Assembly (NCBI GenBank): GCA_965203325.1
Contig: OZ241875.1
Span: 32,001-96,000, forward strand
Reading direction: 5' to 3'
Length of the DNA: 64,000 nt
Origin: a bacterium
GTDB lineage: Bacteria; UBA8248
The notes below the pieces were generated by a model. The model did not search any database. It worked only from the letters and a program-made list of their open reading frames with translations, and was not told the origin of the DNA. Each line of letters begins with the position of its first letter. Positions within the stretch are counted from its first letter, which is position 1. Made by a program: the position numbers and the translations under genes. This document shows, one piece after another, positions 30,308 through 39,779 of the stretch.

Positions 30308-32432
30308 GGGCCATGTGCTTATCGTCGATGATGAGCGTGAAATACTCGTGAGCCTGGAAGATGTCTTGCTGGATGAAGGGTATCGCGTAGAACGGGCCGA
30401 GTCCGGAGAAACTGCTCTTCAGTTGGTCCGGACCGAAGCTCCCGATGTGGTTCTGGTTGATGTGTGGATGCCCGGCATTGATGGAATCAAGACTTTACAA
30501 GCAGTGAAAGAGTCCAACGCAGATATCGAAGTCGTCCTGATGTCGGGCCACGGCAATATTGAGACCGCAGTGGCCGCAACAAAGTCAGGCGCTTTTAATT
30601 TCATTGAAAAACCTCTATCCATTGATACGGTTTTGCGCATAGTCGATTCCGCCGTTCAAGCGCGAAGGGCCAAGGATATTAAGGCGAATAATGTTGGCGA
30701 CGTGATACTTGACGGTGCCAGCAAGCATGTTCAGAGGGTTCGAAGGGCAATCAGGAGAGCGGCGAAAGATATTGGGCCCTTGCTGATTGCAGGTGAAAGG
30801 GGAACCGGCAAGCGTTTTGTCGCAAGGGCGATCCACGAGAACGGCGCCGGAAAAGAAGAAGGCTTTCGGCCTGTTCATTGCCGTTCGCTGTTTCCAATGG
30901 CGGAGATAGGCGAATGGGAAGATGCCCTGGAGCGGCTGGTGCCCGATACCTTTCAAGGGACTATATATCTGGATGGTCTGGAACAGTTGCCCATGGCGGG
31001 GCGTGAAAAATTTCTTGTTCAATTTCTTGAGCGCATAGAGGATTCAAAGCGTTTAATCGTATCCGTTGATTACATAGGAACCCCAAAGGATAAGGCTTAC
31101 GTGCAAGCCTTATCTGATAAAATTGGCGCGGATGTAATACACTTGCCCCCTTTGCGCGAACGCAAAGGGGATATTTTGCCGTTAGCAAACAGATTCTTGA
31201 GTGAATGCGTTGAAGTTGGCGGGCATGAAAAGGAATTTCCTGAGGATGTCATTGCGGTTCTGGAAGACTATGACTGGCCGGGCAATATTGCTGAACTAAA
31301 AGGTGCAGTGACCAAAGCGGCATCCACATCGCAAGGATCGGAGATTCACATCGACCACTTGCCGGACACGATACGCGAGACTTCTGATTTCGAGGTGAGC
31401 ACCTCAAAAAATGATACCCCGTCCAATTTTAATGTGGCCAGAACGCAGTGGGAGAGACAGTACCTCGCCTTCCATCTGGAGGAGCACGGTTGGGATATCA
31501 ATAAGACCGCCAAGGCGGTGGGCATGACGAAACCTGCTTTAATGCGAAAAATTAAAACATACAATATAGAGCCCATATTGCCGGCGTCGACGACGCTAAG
31601 GGAATCAAATCAGAGGAGCATTTCGAAAAGTGTCGTATTGTATGGCCGGGGGCTTCACTCAGGGCTGAAAACCGGATTGATCATCGAGCCTCTGCCACCG
31701 GGGAGCGGGATACAATTCGGCAACCTGACAAGCCCCGATACTGTGAGGGCGAGTGTCGATTTCGTGGATGGCACCAACCATGCGACAAACTTGCGCAATG
31801 GGACTGTGACTGCTCGAACGATTGAGCATCTCATGAGCGCGCTGCACGCATACAAGATAAGCAATATACTCATCAAAATGAGTGAGGAAGTGCCCGTCAT
31901 GGATGGGTCGGCAGTGGAGTTTTGTCGCTTGCTTGAAGAAGCAGGCATTGAAGATCAGAAAGAAAAACGCGAGGACTTGTGGATTGATAAGGCATATGAG
32001 GTAGGTGAACCGAATGACGGAAAGGGCTACGTTCGTATCGAGCCGGCGGATTCTTTTTCGGTTTCATACCTTATTGATTATCCTAAACCGATTGGGAAGC
32101 AAACCTACGTGTATGAGCACAAGAATGCATTGGGTTTTCAGGAAGAAATCGCACCGGCCCGTACCTTTGGTTTTGTCAATGAGTTGGAGTCGCTCGAAAA
32201 AATGGGCTTGGCCGAGGGAGGTCGTTGGGATAACGTAATTCTCGTGGACAAAGCACGCGTTGTGAATACCCGATTGCGATTTCCCAATGAGTTCGTTCGC
32301 CATAAAATTCTTGACGTGATCGGAGATCTGTATTTAACCGGTCGTCCTGTCCGAGGAAAAGTAACTGCTGAGAGAAGTGGACACCGGCATAATGTAGCTT
32401 TGGTCAAGAAATTGATGGAAGTCCATGGCTGA
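30300..32432 (+). CDS. lpxC: Fusion: NtrX-like response regulator (REC, degenerate sigma54 AAA+, Fis-type HTH) + UDP-3-O-acyl-GlcNAc deacetylase LpxC
   Basis: REC: LIVDDE, LVDVWMP, FIEKP; GERGTGK, LPPLRER, YDWPGNIAEL; HTH; from ~31611 QRSI..GRGLHSG, TIEHLMSAL, VPVMDGSA, IAPARTFGF, RHKILDVIGDL, SGH. Confidence 0.92.
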   Translation: MDKGHVLIVDDEREILVSLEDVLLDEGYRVERAESGETALQLVRTEAPDVVLVDVWMPGIDGIKTLQAVKESNADIEVVLMSGHGNIETAVAATKSGAFNFIEKPLSIDTVLRIVDSAVQARRAKDIKANNVGDVILDGASKHVQRVRRAIRRAAKDIGPLLIAGERGTGKRFVARAIHENGAGKEEGFRPVHCRSLFPMAEIGEWEDALERLVPDTFQGTIYLDGLEQLPMAGREKFLVQFLERIEDSKRLIVSVDYIGTPKDKAYVQALSDKIGADVIHLPPLRERKGDILPLANRFLSECVEVGGHEKEFPEDVIAVLEDYDWPGNIAELKGAVTKAASTSQGSEIHIDHLPDTIRETSDFEVSTSKNDTPSNFNVARTQWERQYLAFHLEEHGWDINKTAKAVGMTKPALMRKIKTYNIEPILPASTTLRESNQRSISKSVVLYGRGLHSGLKTGLIIEPLPPGSGIQFGNLTSPDTVRASVDFVDGTNHATNLRNGTVTARTIEHLMSALHAYKISNILIKMSEEVPVMDGSAVEFCRLLEEAGIEDQKEKREDLWIDKAYEVGEPNDGKGYVRIEPADSFSVSYLIDYPKPIGKQTYVYEHKNALGFQEEIAPARTFGFVNELESLEKMGLAEGGRWDNVILVDKARVVNTRLRFPNEFVRHKILDVIGDLYLTGRPVRGKVTAERSGHRHNVALVKKLMEVHG

Positions 32433-32483
32433 TTTTGAGTACATCCCGAACGATTCCGCCTGCTAAATCATGGAACATCACTT

Positions 32484-33539
32484 TTGAATGAGGATCGTCT
32501 GACATACCGCGATGCGGGCGTCGATATCGAGTTGGGCGAGGGTTTCGTTCAGGCTATCGCCCAAATTGTAAAATCCACCCATTCTAACCAAAGTGGCCGT
32601 ATTCTGAAGGGGACGACGGATTTTGCAGATTTGTTCCGTCTGGGCGGGGAATATGAAGATCCTGTACTAGTTTCAGGCACCGACGGCGTCGGCACGAAAT
32701 TGCTCTTGGCCCAAGAGTTCGAGCGTCATGATTCCATAGGGGTCGACTTGGTGGCCATGTGCGTCAACGATATCCTAACCATGGGGGCAGAACCGCTTTT
32801 TTTTCTTGACTACATTGCGACGGGCAAGATTGATCAGAGCGTATTGAAGACAGTCGTATCCGGAATTGCGCGAGGATGCCGGGAAGCAGGATGCGCCCTC
32901 CTCGGGGGTGAGACCGCCGAGATGCCTGATATGTACCAGTCGGGCGTGTATGATCTCGCCGGATTCGCCGTGGGAGTGGTTGAGCGTGAAAACCTCGACA
33001 ATAGAACGCCTGTAAAAGCAGGTGATGTTATTGCAGCTCTTCCTTCTTCAGGAATTCATAGCAACGGATATTCCTTGGTGCGAAAAATATTTAATTCAAA
33101 AGAAACACGGGATGCGACGGCGCAAAAGCTAGGCGCTCCCATTGAAGATGTTTTATTGGAGCCGACCCGGATTTACGCCAAAGGGGCCCATTCCGTTCGA
33201 AGAGAAGAGGGAATTAGCGGCATCGCGCACATCACTGGAGGCGGAATTCCGGGAAACGTAAACCGTGTCATGCCAGATGAATTGCAGGCTAAATTTTATC
33301 CTGAAAAATGGGTGGCGCCCGAGATATTCTCATTGATCCAAGAATTCGGCCCGGTTGAGAGCGCGGAGATGTATCATACTTTCAACATGGGCTTGGGTTT
33401 TGTCTTTCTCGTGAGATCGGAGCGAGCCGAGTCTTTGCTCGGATGTTTGAAAAATGCGGGAGAACAAGCCATGGTTGTTGGCGAAGTCGCCAATAAACCG
33501 AAGGGCGGCCAATCCGTCGTCATTGAGGGCGTATTTTAG
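32484..33539 (+). CDS. purM: Phosphoribosylformylglycinamidine cyclo-ligase
   Basis: YRDAGVDI, GTDGVGTK, DLVAMCVND, GGETAEMP, SGIHSNGYSL, TFNMGLG. Confidence 0.96.
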   Translation: MNEDRLTYRDAGVDIELGEGFVQAIAQIVKSTHSNQSGRILKGTTDFADLFRLGGEYEDPVLVSGTDGVGTKLLLAQEFERHDSIGVDLVAMCVNDILTMGAEPLFFLDYIATGKIDQSVLKTVVSGIARGCREAGCALLGGETAEMPDMYQSGVYDLAGFAVGVVERENLDNRTPVKAGDVIAALPSSGIHSNGYSLVRKIFNSKETRDATAQKLGAPIEDVLLEPTRIYAKGAHSVRREEGISGIAHITGGGIPGNVNRVMPDELQAKFYPEKWVAPEIFSLIQEFGPVESAEMYHTFNMGLGFVFLVRSERAESLLGCLKNAGEQAMVVGEVANKPKGGQSVVIEGVF

Positions 33540-34192
33540 TGCATTCAGGAACACGATTACGTGTGGGTGTTTTGGCTTCGGGTCGTGGGTCCAACTTGCA
33601 AGCTCTTATTGATGCCGCGCGGAACGCGAATTTCCCGGCGGAAGTTGTATTGGTGCTGAGCGACAGAAAAAATGCGTATGCGCTCGAGCGCGCCTCGATG
33701 GCCGGTATACGGACCAGACATCTGGCGCCGAAGGAGGAGGGTTTTTATCGGAAGATGGGCGATGAGATTGAAAATTACGGAATCGATCTCGTCTGTTGCG
33801 CTGGTTTCATGCGCATTTTACCGCCGGAGTTTGTCAACCGTTTCTCAGGAAGAATCATCAACATTCATCCCTCGCTTCTGCCGAGTTTCCCTGGTCTGCA
33901 TGCACAAAGAAAAGCCTTGGATGCCGGTGTGAGAGTGACCGGCTGCACGGTCCACTTTGTGGACGAGGGAGTGGATACGGGACCGATTATTTTGCAGGCC
34001 GCCGTACCGGTTCTGCCCCGTGACGATGAAGAAACCCTTTCGGAGAGGATTCTCGCTTATGAGCACCGCATCTACCCACTGGCGGTGCGACTCATCGCCG
34101 AGGGGAGCGTTCGTTGGGTTGATGGTGTTGCGGAATACATGGGCGACGCTTTTCTGGATGGCGGAGGTTTCATCTCACCTATTTCGGAGTAG
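33539..34192 (+). CDS. purN: Phosphoribosylglycinamide formyltransferase
   Basis: SGRGSNLQAL, AGFMRIL, INIHPSLLPSFPG, GCTVHFVDEGVDTGPII. Confidence 0.96.
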   Translation: MHSGTRLRVGVLASGRGSNLQALIDAARNANFPAEVVLVLSDRKNAYALERASMAGIRTRHLAPKEEGFYRKMGDEIENYGIDLVCCAGFMRILPPEFVNRFSGRIINIHPSLLPSFPGLHAQRKALDAGVRVTGCTVHFVDEGVDTGPIILQAAVPVLPRDDEETLSERILAYEHRIYPLAVRLIAEGSVRWVDGVAEYMGDAFLDGGGFISPISE

Positions 34193-34215
34193 TCATTCAT
34201 AAAGGATTAAGAGTT

Positions 34216-34944
34216 TTGCGCAAATTGAGTTTTTTCATACTGGTATTCGGTTTTTCGTTTTTCGCATTTTCGCAAGAGTACGCTCTCGCCGCGTCTATGG
34301 CGGAAGAATCGCGTCCAAAGGCGGAGAAAATAATCACCGAACTTCAGAAAAAATATGACACACTTGAATCTCTGCAAGCCTCATTCGAGCAGAAAAATGA
34401 ATTGAAGTCCCTCGGGCGAACGACCAAGTCGAGCGGAACCCTGTTGTGGAAGAAGCCCGGCAGACTGCGCATGGAGTACGTTACGCCTGAAAAGCAGCTT
34501 TTGGTTTCCGATGGCCGCACGTTTTGGCTCTACACCGCTCGCTTCAAGCAGGTGATGGTTTCCGAAGCCGGGGGCTTGGGGTTTGGCGCCACTCCTTTGT
34601 TATTTTTGTCAGGAAAGGGGAATTTGAAAAAGAATTTTCATGTAACTGTGGAAGAGGTTGGAATTGCCGAACGAAGCGGGGGGATTTGGAGGGCCGGTCA
34701 GCCCCATCGCATTCGCATGGAGCCGAAGGCTGCGAGCGCCTCGTTTCGTCGAATGTGGATCGAAGTGGAGCCTGAAAATTTTAGAATCCTCACTCTGGTT
34801 TATATTGATAACATCGGTAACAAAAGCCATCTGCGGTTTTCAAATATCAAAGAAAACGTCAGAATCAAAGCAGAGGAATTTCGATTCACCGTGCCGCCGA
34901 ACGTCGAAGTTCTGCAAATGCCGTCTCACAGTGGCCAGCGATAA
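34216..34944 (+). CDS. lolA: Outer-membrane lipoprotein carrier LolA
   Basis: Signal peptide; ASFEQ, KKPGRLRMEY..PEKQLLVSDG, FRFTVPPNVEV. Confidence 0.85.
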   Translation: MRKLSFFILVFGFSFFAFSQEYALAASMAEESRPKAEKIITELQKKYDTLESLQASFEQKNELKSLGRTTKSSGTLLWKKPGRLRMEYVTPEKQLLVSDGRTFWLYTARFKQVMVSEAGGLGFGATPLLFLSGKGNLKKNFHVTVEEVGIAERSGGIWRAGQPHRIRMEPKAASASFRRMWIEVEPENFRILTLVYIDNIGNKSHLRFSNIKENVRIKAEEFRFTVPPNVEVLQMPSHSGQR

Positions 34945-34959
34945 AGGATTCTTTCGAGA

Positions 34960-36159
34960 ATGGTGATGCAAGTCATAAACTGGGTGATGGGTTTTGGGCA
35001 GACGATTTTCTGGGCCGTACTGGTTCTCGGATTGCTCATCTTTATCCATGAACTGGGCCATCATCTCGTCGCGAAATGGCTCAAAATCGGTGTTTCCACG
35101 TTTTCCTTGGGCTTCGGGCGCCGCATCTGGGGTTTTCAGCGGGGAGAGACTGAATATCGCGTGTCCCTGATCCCCTTGGGCGGTTATGTGAAGCTCGTGG
35201 GAGAAGACCCCGAAGCACAACCTGATAATCCCGATATTCCCAAAGAACCGGATGAGCCGGAGAAATCATTCTACTTGCGGCCTGTGAGTCACCGATTGGC
35301 TGTGATTTCGGCGGGGCCTTTGTTTAATGTCGCCTTGGCGATACTCCTCAGTTGGGGGTTGCACCTTGGAGGTATTCCCGTCCCCGGAACGTGGGTCGGC
35401 GGTGTTTTGCCCGATACGCCTGCACAAAAGGCGACCCTTCAAGCAGGCGATCACATCGTTGCCATCGACGGGAAGAGGATTCAGAAATGGTCCGAGCTTG
35501 TCGAAATCATACGAAGAAACGCCGACAATAAACTCGTTTTGACGGTGGAACGCGGCCGCAAATCCTTTGAAACGGCGATCATTCCGACATCGAAGAGCGC
35601 GACGGGCAAGGAGTTGGGTTATGGCCGAATCGGTATCAGTATCGGTCAAGGCACTTACACAGAGCGTTTCGGCTTTTTTGAGTCCCTGGGGAAGGGATTC
35701 GAGCAGAATTACCGCATCGCCAGCTTAACGGTCATTACGCTGTATTCGATGCTGACGAAGACCATTCCGGCGGACATTGGCGGCCCGATTCGTATTTCTG
35801 TGGTGGCCGCGGAGCAGGCGCAACGCGGGTTCCGCTATCTCATCATGTTTACGATTTTACTCAGCATTAACCTGGCGATTTTGAACTTGTTGCCAATCCC
35901 GGTTCTCGATGGCGGGCATATTTTTTTCTTGCTTATCGAAGCCTTGCGTGGCAAACCTATCAGCCTCAGGGTCCGAGAGGTGGCCATGCAGGTCGGCACC
36001 GTTCTTCTCATCGGTTTGATGATCTTTGCTACCTACAAGGACAGCGTGTATTATCTTTTTGGGAGGGACTCGGCAACAATAACGAAAAAAGAAGAGCAAA
36101 AGGGAAAAGGTAGGAGTTCAATGAAATTATCTCCTGAAAGCCAGAAAGGCGGCAAATAG
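34960..36159 (+). CDS. rseP: RIP metalloprotease RseP (site-2 protease with PDZ)
   Basis: IHELGH, IPLGGYVKL, AGPLFN, PDZ, NLLPIPVLDGGH. Confidence 0.94.
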   Translation: MVMQVINWVMGFGQTIFWAVLVLGLLIFIHELGHHLVAKWLKIGVSTFSLGFGRRIWGFQRGETEYRVSLIPLGGYVKLVGEDPEAQPDNPDIPKEPDEPEKSFYLRPVSHRLAVISAGPLFNVALAILLSWGLHLGGIPVPGTWVGGVLPDTPAQKATLQAGDHIVAIDGKRIQKWSELVEIIRRNADNKLVLTVERGRKSFETAIIPTSKSATGKELGYGRIGISIGQGTYTERFGFFESLGKGFEQNYRIASLTVITLYSMLTKTIPADIGGPIRISVVAAEQAQRGFRYLIMFTILLSINLAILNLLPIPVLDGGHIFFLLIEALRGKPISLRVREVAMQVGTVLLIGLMIFATYKDSVYYLFGRDSATITKKEEQKGKGRSSMKLSPESQKGGK

Positions 36160-36170
36160 GGATTTTGACC

Positions 36171-37415
36171 ATGTTTGAGCCATTTACGGACGACGTGTTT
36201 TACACGAAACCCATACCGGGAGTCGGCCTGCCCCCCAAAGAGCAGGCCGGCACCACTCTGCCGATGGTTGAAGCGGATACAACCGGCGAAGCGTTGCCTT
36301 GTGCGGATCCGTCGTTGTTCCCCCTGAATCGACGAGAAAGCTCCCAGGTCGAAGTGCGGGGCGTCAAAATCGGTGGTGGCGCTCCCATCGTCGTGCAATC
36401 GATGTGCAACACCTACACGCACGATGTGGAGGCAACCATAGCTCAAATCGAACGCCTGGAAGCCGCCGGGTGTGAAATTGTACGTTTGGCCGTTCCTGAC
36501 GAAAAATCGGCCAATGCGCTCTATGAGATCAGAAAACGCACCGAGATGCCCTTGGTGGCGGATATCCATTTCGATTATCGCTACGCCTTGATGGCGGCGG
36601 ATGCGGGGATAGATTGCTTGCGCATCAACCCCGGCAACATCAATGGAGAGGAACGGGTGAGTGAGGTGGTCGCCGCGGCGAAAGGCCACGGCCTGCCCAT
36701 TCGCGTGGGTGTGAACGCCGGTTCTTTAGAAAAGCATCTGCTCGATCGTTTTGGTGGCGCAACCCCCGAAGCTATGGTGGAAAGTGGTTTGCGTCATGTC
36801 GCCATGCTGGAGAAGCGGAACTTTTATGACACGAAAATCTCCCTGAAAGCTTCCGATGTCGCGAGGGCGGTGAAAGCCTATCGGTTGATGGCGAAACGCG
36901 TCGAGTATCCTCTTCATCTCGGCATCACGGAGAGTGGAAGCCTACAGACGGGCAGCATAAAAAGCGCTGTCGGCCTGGGCATTCTGCTCTCAGAAGGTAT
37001 TGGCGACACCATTCGCGTTTCCTTGGCCGCAGACCCGGTGGAGGAAGTGCGCGTGGGCTACGAAATTCTGAAAAGCCTCAAGTTGCGCCAAAAGGGCGTG
37101 AATGTTGTCGCATGTCCATCATGCGGGCGTGTCCAGATTGACGTGGATAAGCTCACCATGGAGATAGAACAAGAGCTGGCCCACATCAATGCTCCCATCA
37201 CGGTGGCCGTCATGGGTTGTGAGGTGAACGGTCCCGGAGAGGCGAAAGACGCAGACATCGGCGTGGCCGGCGGCCACAAACGAGCTCTGATTTTCATGAA
37301 AGGTGAAAAATCGGGCTTGGTGTCCTATGAGGATATCAAGAAAAATTTGGTTGAGCGTGTAGAGCAACTTGCAGAGCAATATGAGCGAGGTCAATTCGAG
37401 ATAGCTCACTCCTGA
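36171..37415 (+). CDS. ispG: (E)-4-hydroxy-3-methylbut-2-enyl-diphosphate synthase
   Basis: VVQSM, PLVADIHF, RINPGN, RVGVNAGSL, PLHLGITE, CPSCGR, MGCEVNGPGE. Confidence 0.96.
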   Translation: MFEPFTDDVFYTKPIPGVGLPPKEQAGTTLPMVEADTTGEALPCADPSLFPLNRRESSQVEVRGVKIGGGAPIVVQSMCNTYTHDVEATIAQIERLEAAGCEIVRLAVPDEKSANALYEIRKRTEMPLVADIHFDYRYALMAADAGIDCLRINPGNINGEERVSEVVAAAKGHGLPIRVGVNAGSLEKHLLDRFGGATPEAMVESGLRHVAMLEKRNFYDTKISLKASDVARAVKAYRLMAKRVEYPLHLGITESGSLQTGSIKSAVGLGILLSEGIGDTIRVSLAADPVEEVRVGYEILKSLKLRQKGVNVVACPSCGRVQIDVDKLTMEIEQELAHINAPITVAVMGCEVNGPGEAKDADIGVAGGHKRALIFMKGEKSGLVSYEDIKKNLVERVEQLAEQYERGQFEIAHS

Positions 37416-37428
37416 GAAAATCTGATTC

Positions 37429-39141
37429 ATGCGATTCTCACGAGGGTTTTTACCCACATTAAAAGAAGCGCCCGCTGATGCGGAAGTCGTCAGCCATAAA
37501 CTTATGGTGCGGTCGGGCATGATTCGTCGCTTGGCGGCCGGGGTATACACGCTTTTGCCCCTCGGCGTGCGCGTGCAGCGCAAAGTCGAACAGATTTTGC
37601 GCGAGGAGTTGAATCGTGCAGGCGCACAAGAGGTTTTCCTGCCAACGCTGAATCCCGCAGAGCTTTGGCGAAAAACGGGACGGTGGGAAGTGTACGGCAA
37701 AGAATTGCTCCGCCTGAAAGATCGCCATGAGCGTGATTTTTGTCTGGGACCCACACACGAGGAGGTAATCACCGATCTGGTGGCGCGCGAAGTGAGGAGT
37801 TATCGGGAACTGCCTCTCAACCTGTATCAGATTCAAACGAAATTCAGAGATGAGATAAGGCCCCGCTTCGGCGTCATGCGAGGGCGGGAGTTTACGATGA
37901 AGGACGGCTACAGCTTTGATCGAGACGAGGCGGGCGCGGAGCAAAGCTATGAAGAAATGGTGCAAGCCTATACCCGGATATTTCGGCGCTGTGGTTTGAA
38001 GTTCAGCGCTGTGGAAGCGGATTCAGGTGCTATTGGCGGGAGTTTTTCGCATGAGTTCATGGTCATGGCTGATACAGGTGAGGAAGCGATTACCGTTTGT
38101 GATACGTGCGGGTACGCAGCGAACGTCGAAAAATCGCCGGTATCTTTGAAGTTGCCCAAGAGCGAAGAAAGCGAACTTGAAAAAGTTCATACTCCTGGCG
38201 CCCATACGATAGAGGAGGTTGCCGAGTTTTTTTCTTTGCCTCCATATCGCATGGTGAAAACTCTTTTGTATGTTGCGGATGGTGAGCCGGTGGCGGCAAT
38301 GATTCCAGGCCACAGGGATTTGAATGAAATCAAACTGAAGAATGCGCTTGATGCGGTGGATATAGAGCTTGCTGATGCCGAGACGGTAGAGGAGCTCACC
38401 AATTCCGAAGTGGGTTTCGCAGGCCCTGTAGGCTTGTCGAATGTCCGACTCGTCGCTGATTACGCCATTGAAAATAGAGGCGGACTCATTTTCGGGGCGA
38501 ATCAAACAGACTATCACTACACGGGCGCGCGCGAGGGTCGTGATTTTGAGGCAAGTGAATTTGCAGACCTTACCGTTGCCCAGGAGGGAGATGCTTGTCC
38601 CAGTTGTGAAGCGGAACTCAGCATCAGACGCGGGATCGAAGTGGGGCATGTCTTCAAACTGGGTTGTAAGTATTCCGAATCCCTGGATGCTACCTATCAG
38701 GATGAGAGCGGCGAGACGCACACCATCGTCATGGGTTGTTACGGCATTGGCGTGGGTCGCACCGTGGCCGCAGCCATAGAGCAGAACCATGATGAGGACG
38801 GCATTATCTGGCCGACTCCCATCGCTCCATATCATGTGGACATCATTCCGGTGAGAGTGGATGATGAAACCATGAAAGTTTGCGATGGCATATACGATTC
38901 GCTCGAGTCCGCAGGGCTGGATGTCGCGCTTGATGACAGGGATGAGCGCCCGGGCGTGAAATTCAAGGATGCCGACCTTATCGGTTTTCCCTACAAGATA
39001 GTCGTCGGACCAAAGGGGCTCAAGGAAGGCAAAATCGAGTTGAAATCGAGGAAAACAGGGGATACACAATTTGTGGCGATAAACGAGGCTGCATCTTTTC
39101 TCAAAAATCTGATTTCCGAAGAAATGGATTCCGTCGGATAA
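37429..39141 (+). CDS. proS: Proline--tRNA ligase (with INS editing domain)
   Basis: LGPTHEE, FRDEIRPRFGVMRGREF, GIEVGHVFKLG, MGCYGIG, PGVKFKDADLIG. Confidence 0.97.
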   Translation: MRFSRGFLPTLKEAPADAEVVSHKLMVRSGMIRRLAAGVYTLLPLGVRVQRKVEQILREELNRAGAQEVFLPTLNPAELWRKTGRWEVYGKELLRLKDRHERDFCLGPTHEEVITDLVAREVRSYRELPLNLYQIQTKFRDEIRPRFGVMRGREFTMKDGYSFDRDEAGAEQSYEEMVQAYTRIFRRCGLKFSAVEADSGAIGGSFSHEFMVMADTGEEAITVCDTCGYAANVEKSPVSLKLPKSEESELEKVHTPGAHTIEEVAEFFSLPPYRMVKTLLYVADGEPVAAMIPGHRDLNEIKLKNALDAVDIELADAETVEELTNSEVGFAGPVGLSNVRLVADYAIENRGGLIFGANQTDYHYTGAREGRDFEASEFADLTVAQEGDACPSCEAELSIRRGIEVGHVFKLGCKYSESLDATYQDESGETHTIVMGCYGIGVGRTVAAAIEQNHDEDGIIWPTPIAPYHVDIIPVRVDDETMKVCDGIYDSLESAGLDVALDDRDERPGVKFKDADLIGFPYKIVVGPKGLKEGKIELKSRKTGDTQFVAINEAASFLKNLISEEMDSVG

Positions 39142-39244
39142 TTTTGAGGTTCTCGGATTCTTCTTCGAAAAGATTTTTGGATTTCCTTATCAAACGTTGG
39201 TCGGGTCCGGGGTTTAGGGCGAGGGAAAAGCAAAAATAGAAAAC

Positions 39245-39274
39245 TTGACGTTTTCGGGCCCGTGCATTTATATT
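39245..39274 (+). promoter_or_regulatory. Candidate sigma70 promoter for the small ORFs/tRNA/tilS
   Basis: TTGACG-N18-TATATT with upstream A-tract. Confidence 0.45.
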
Positions 39275-39317
39275 CTGCTCCTGTAGCGAGGCGAGTTTTG
39301 GAAGGAGATAGTCGAGC

Positions 39318-39509
39318 GTGGCCTACCAGGGAGTTCGCGAGTGTGCAGTTTGCGCTTGGCGAGAGGGTTGCCGCCTGAAGTATCGCAATGAACCGAACGG
39401 AGCGATTTTTTGTCCGGAATTTTCTCCGGATTTGAGGATACAACAAACCGAATCGAGGGAAATGCCGCCTTCGCCCGAAGGCCTGGAACGGGGAGCAAAT
39501 GACAAATGA
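39318..39509 (+). CDS. Small Cys-rich hypothetical protein (CxxCAWRxxC...C)
   Basis: AAGGAG SD, GTG start, four Cys; stop overlaps next ATG (ATGA). Confidence 0.65.
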   Translation: MAYQGVRECAVCAWREGCRLKYRNEPNGAIFCPEFSPDLRIQQTESREMPPSPEGLERGANDK

Positions 39510-39661
39510 GACGTGAAATCGAGATTCTTATTTTGCTCTTTTTGGGGTACCTGTGCTTGATGGTAGGCTTTCGCATGGAAGACATTGGCATACAGGTTTT
39601 TTGCTATATTCTCTCGGCCATGTTTTTTTTCGCCATATTCCGACCCAAGCAGTCTCCCTGA
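39506..39661 (+). CDS. 51-aa two-TM membrane microprotein (not in ORF track)
   Basis: Translated by hand: MRREIEILILLFLGYLCLMVGFRMEDIGIQVFCYILSAMFFFAIFRPKQSP; ATGA coupling and upstream GGGAG. Confidence 0.55.
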   Translation: MRREIEILILLFLGYLCLMVGFRMEDIGIQVFCYILSAMFFFAIFRPKQSP

Positions 39662-39674
39662 CGGGGGGCATTCT

Positions 39675-39751
39675 GGCGGCGTAGCTCAACCGGTTAGAGC
39701 ATACGGCTCATATCCGTAGTGTTGGGGGTTCAAGTCCCTCCGCCGCTACCA
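39675..39751 (+). tRNA. tRNA with CAT anticodon, most likely elongator tRNA-Met
   Basis: Acceptor GGCGGCG/CGCCGCT, D-arm GCTC/GAGC, anticodon arm TACGG-CTCATAT-CCGTA, T-loop TTCAAGT, encoded CCA; lacks initiator C1:A72 and GGG:CCC. Confidence 0.93.
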
Positions 39752-39779
39752 TTCCTCGCCACCAGGGGAGGAACTCCCG

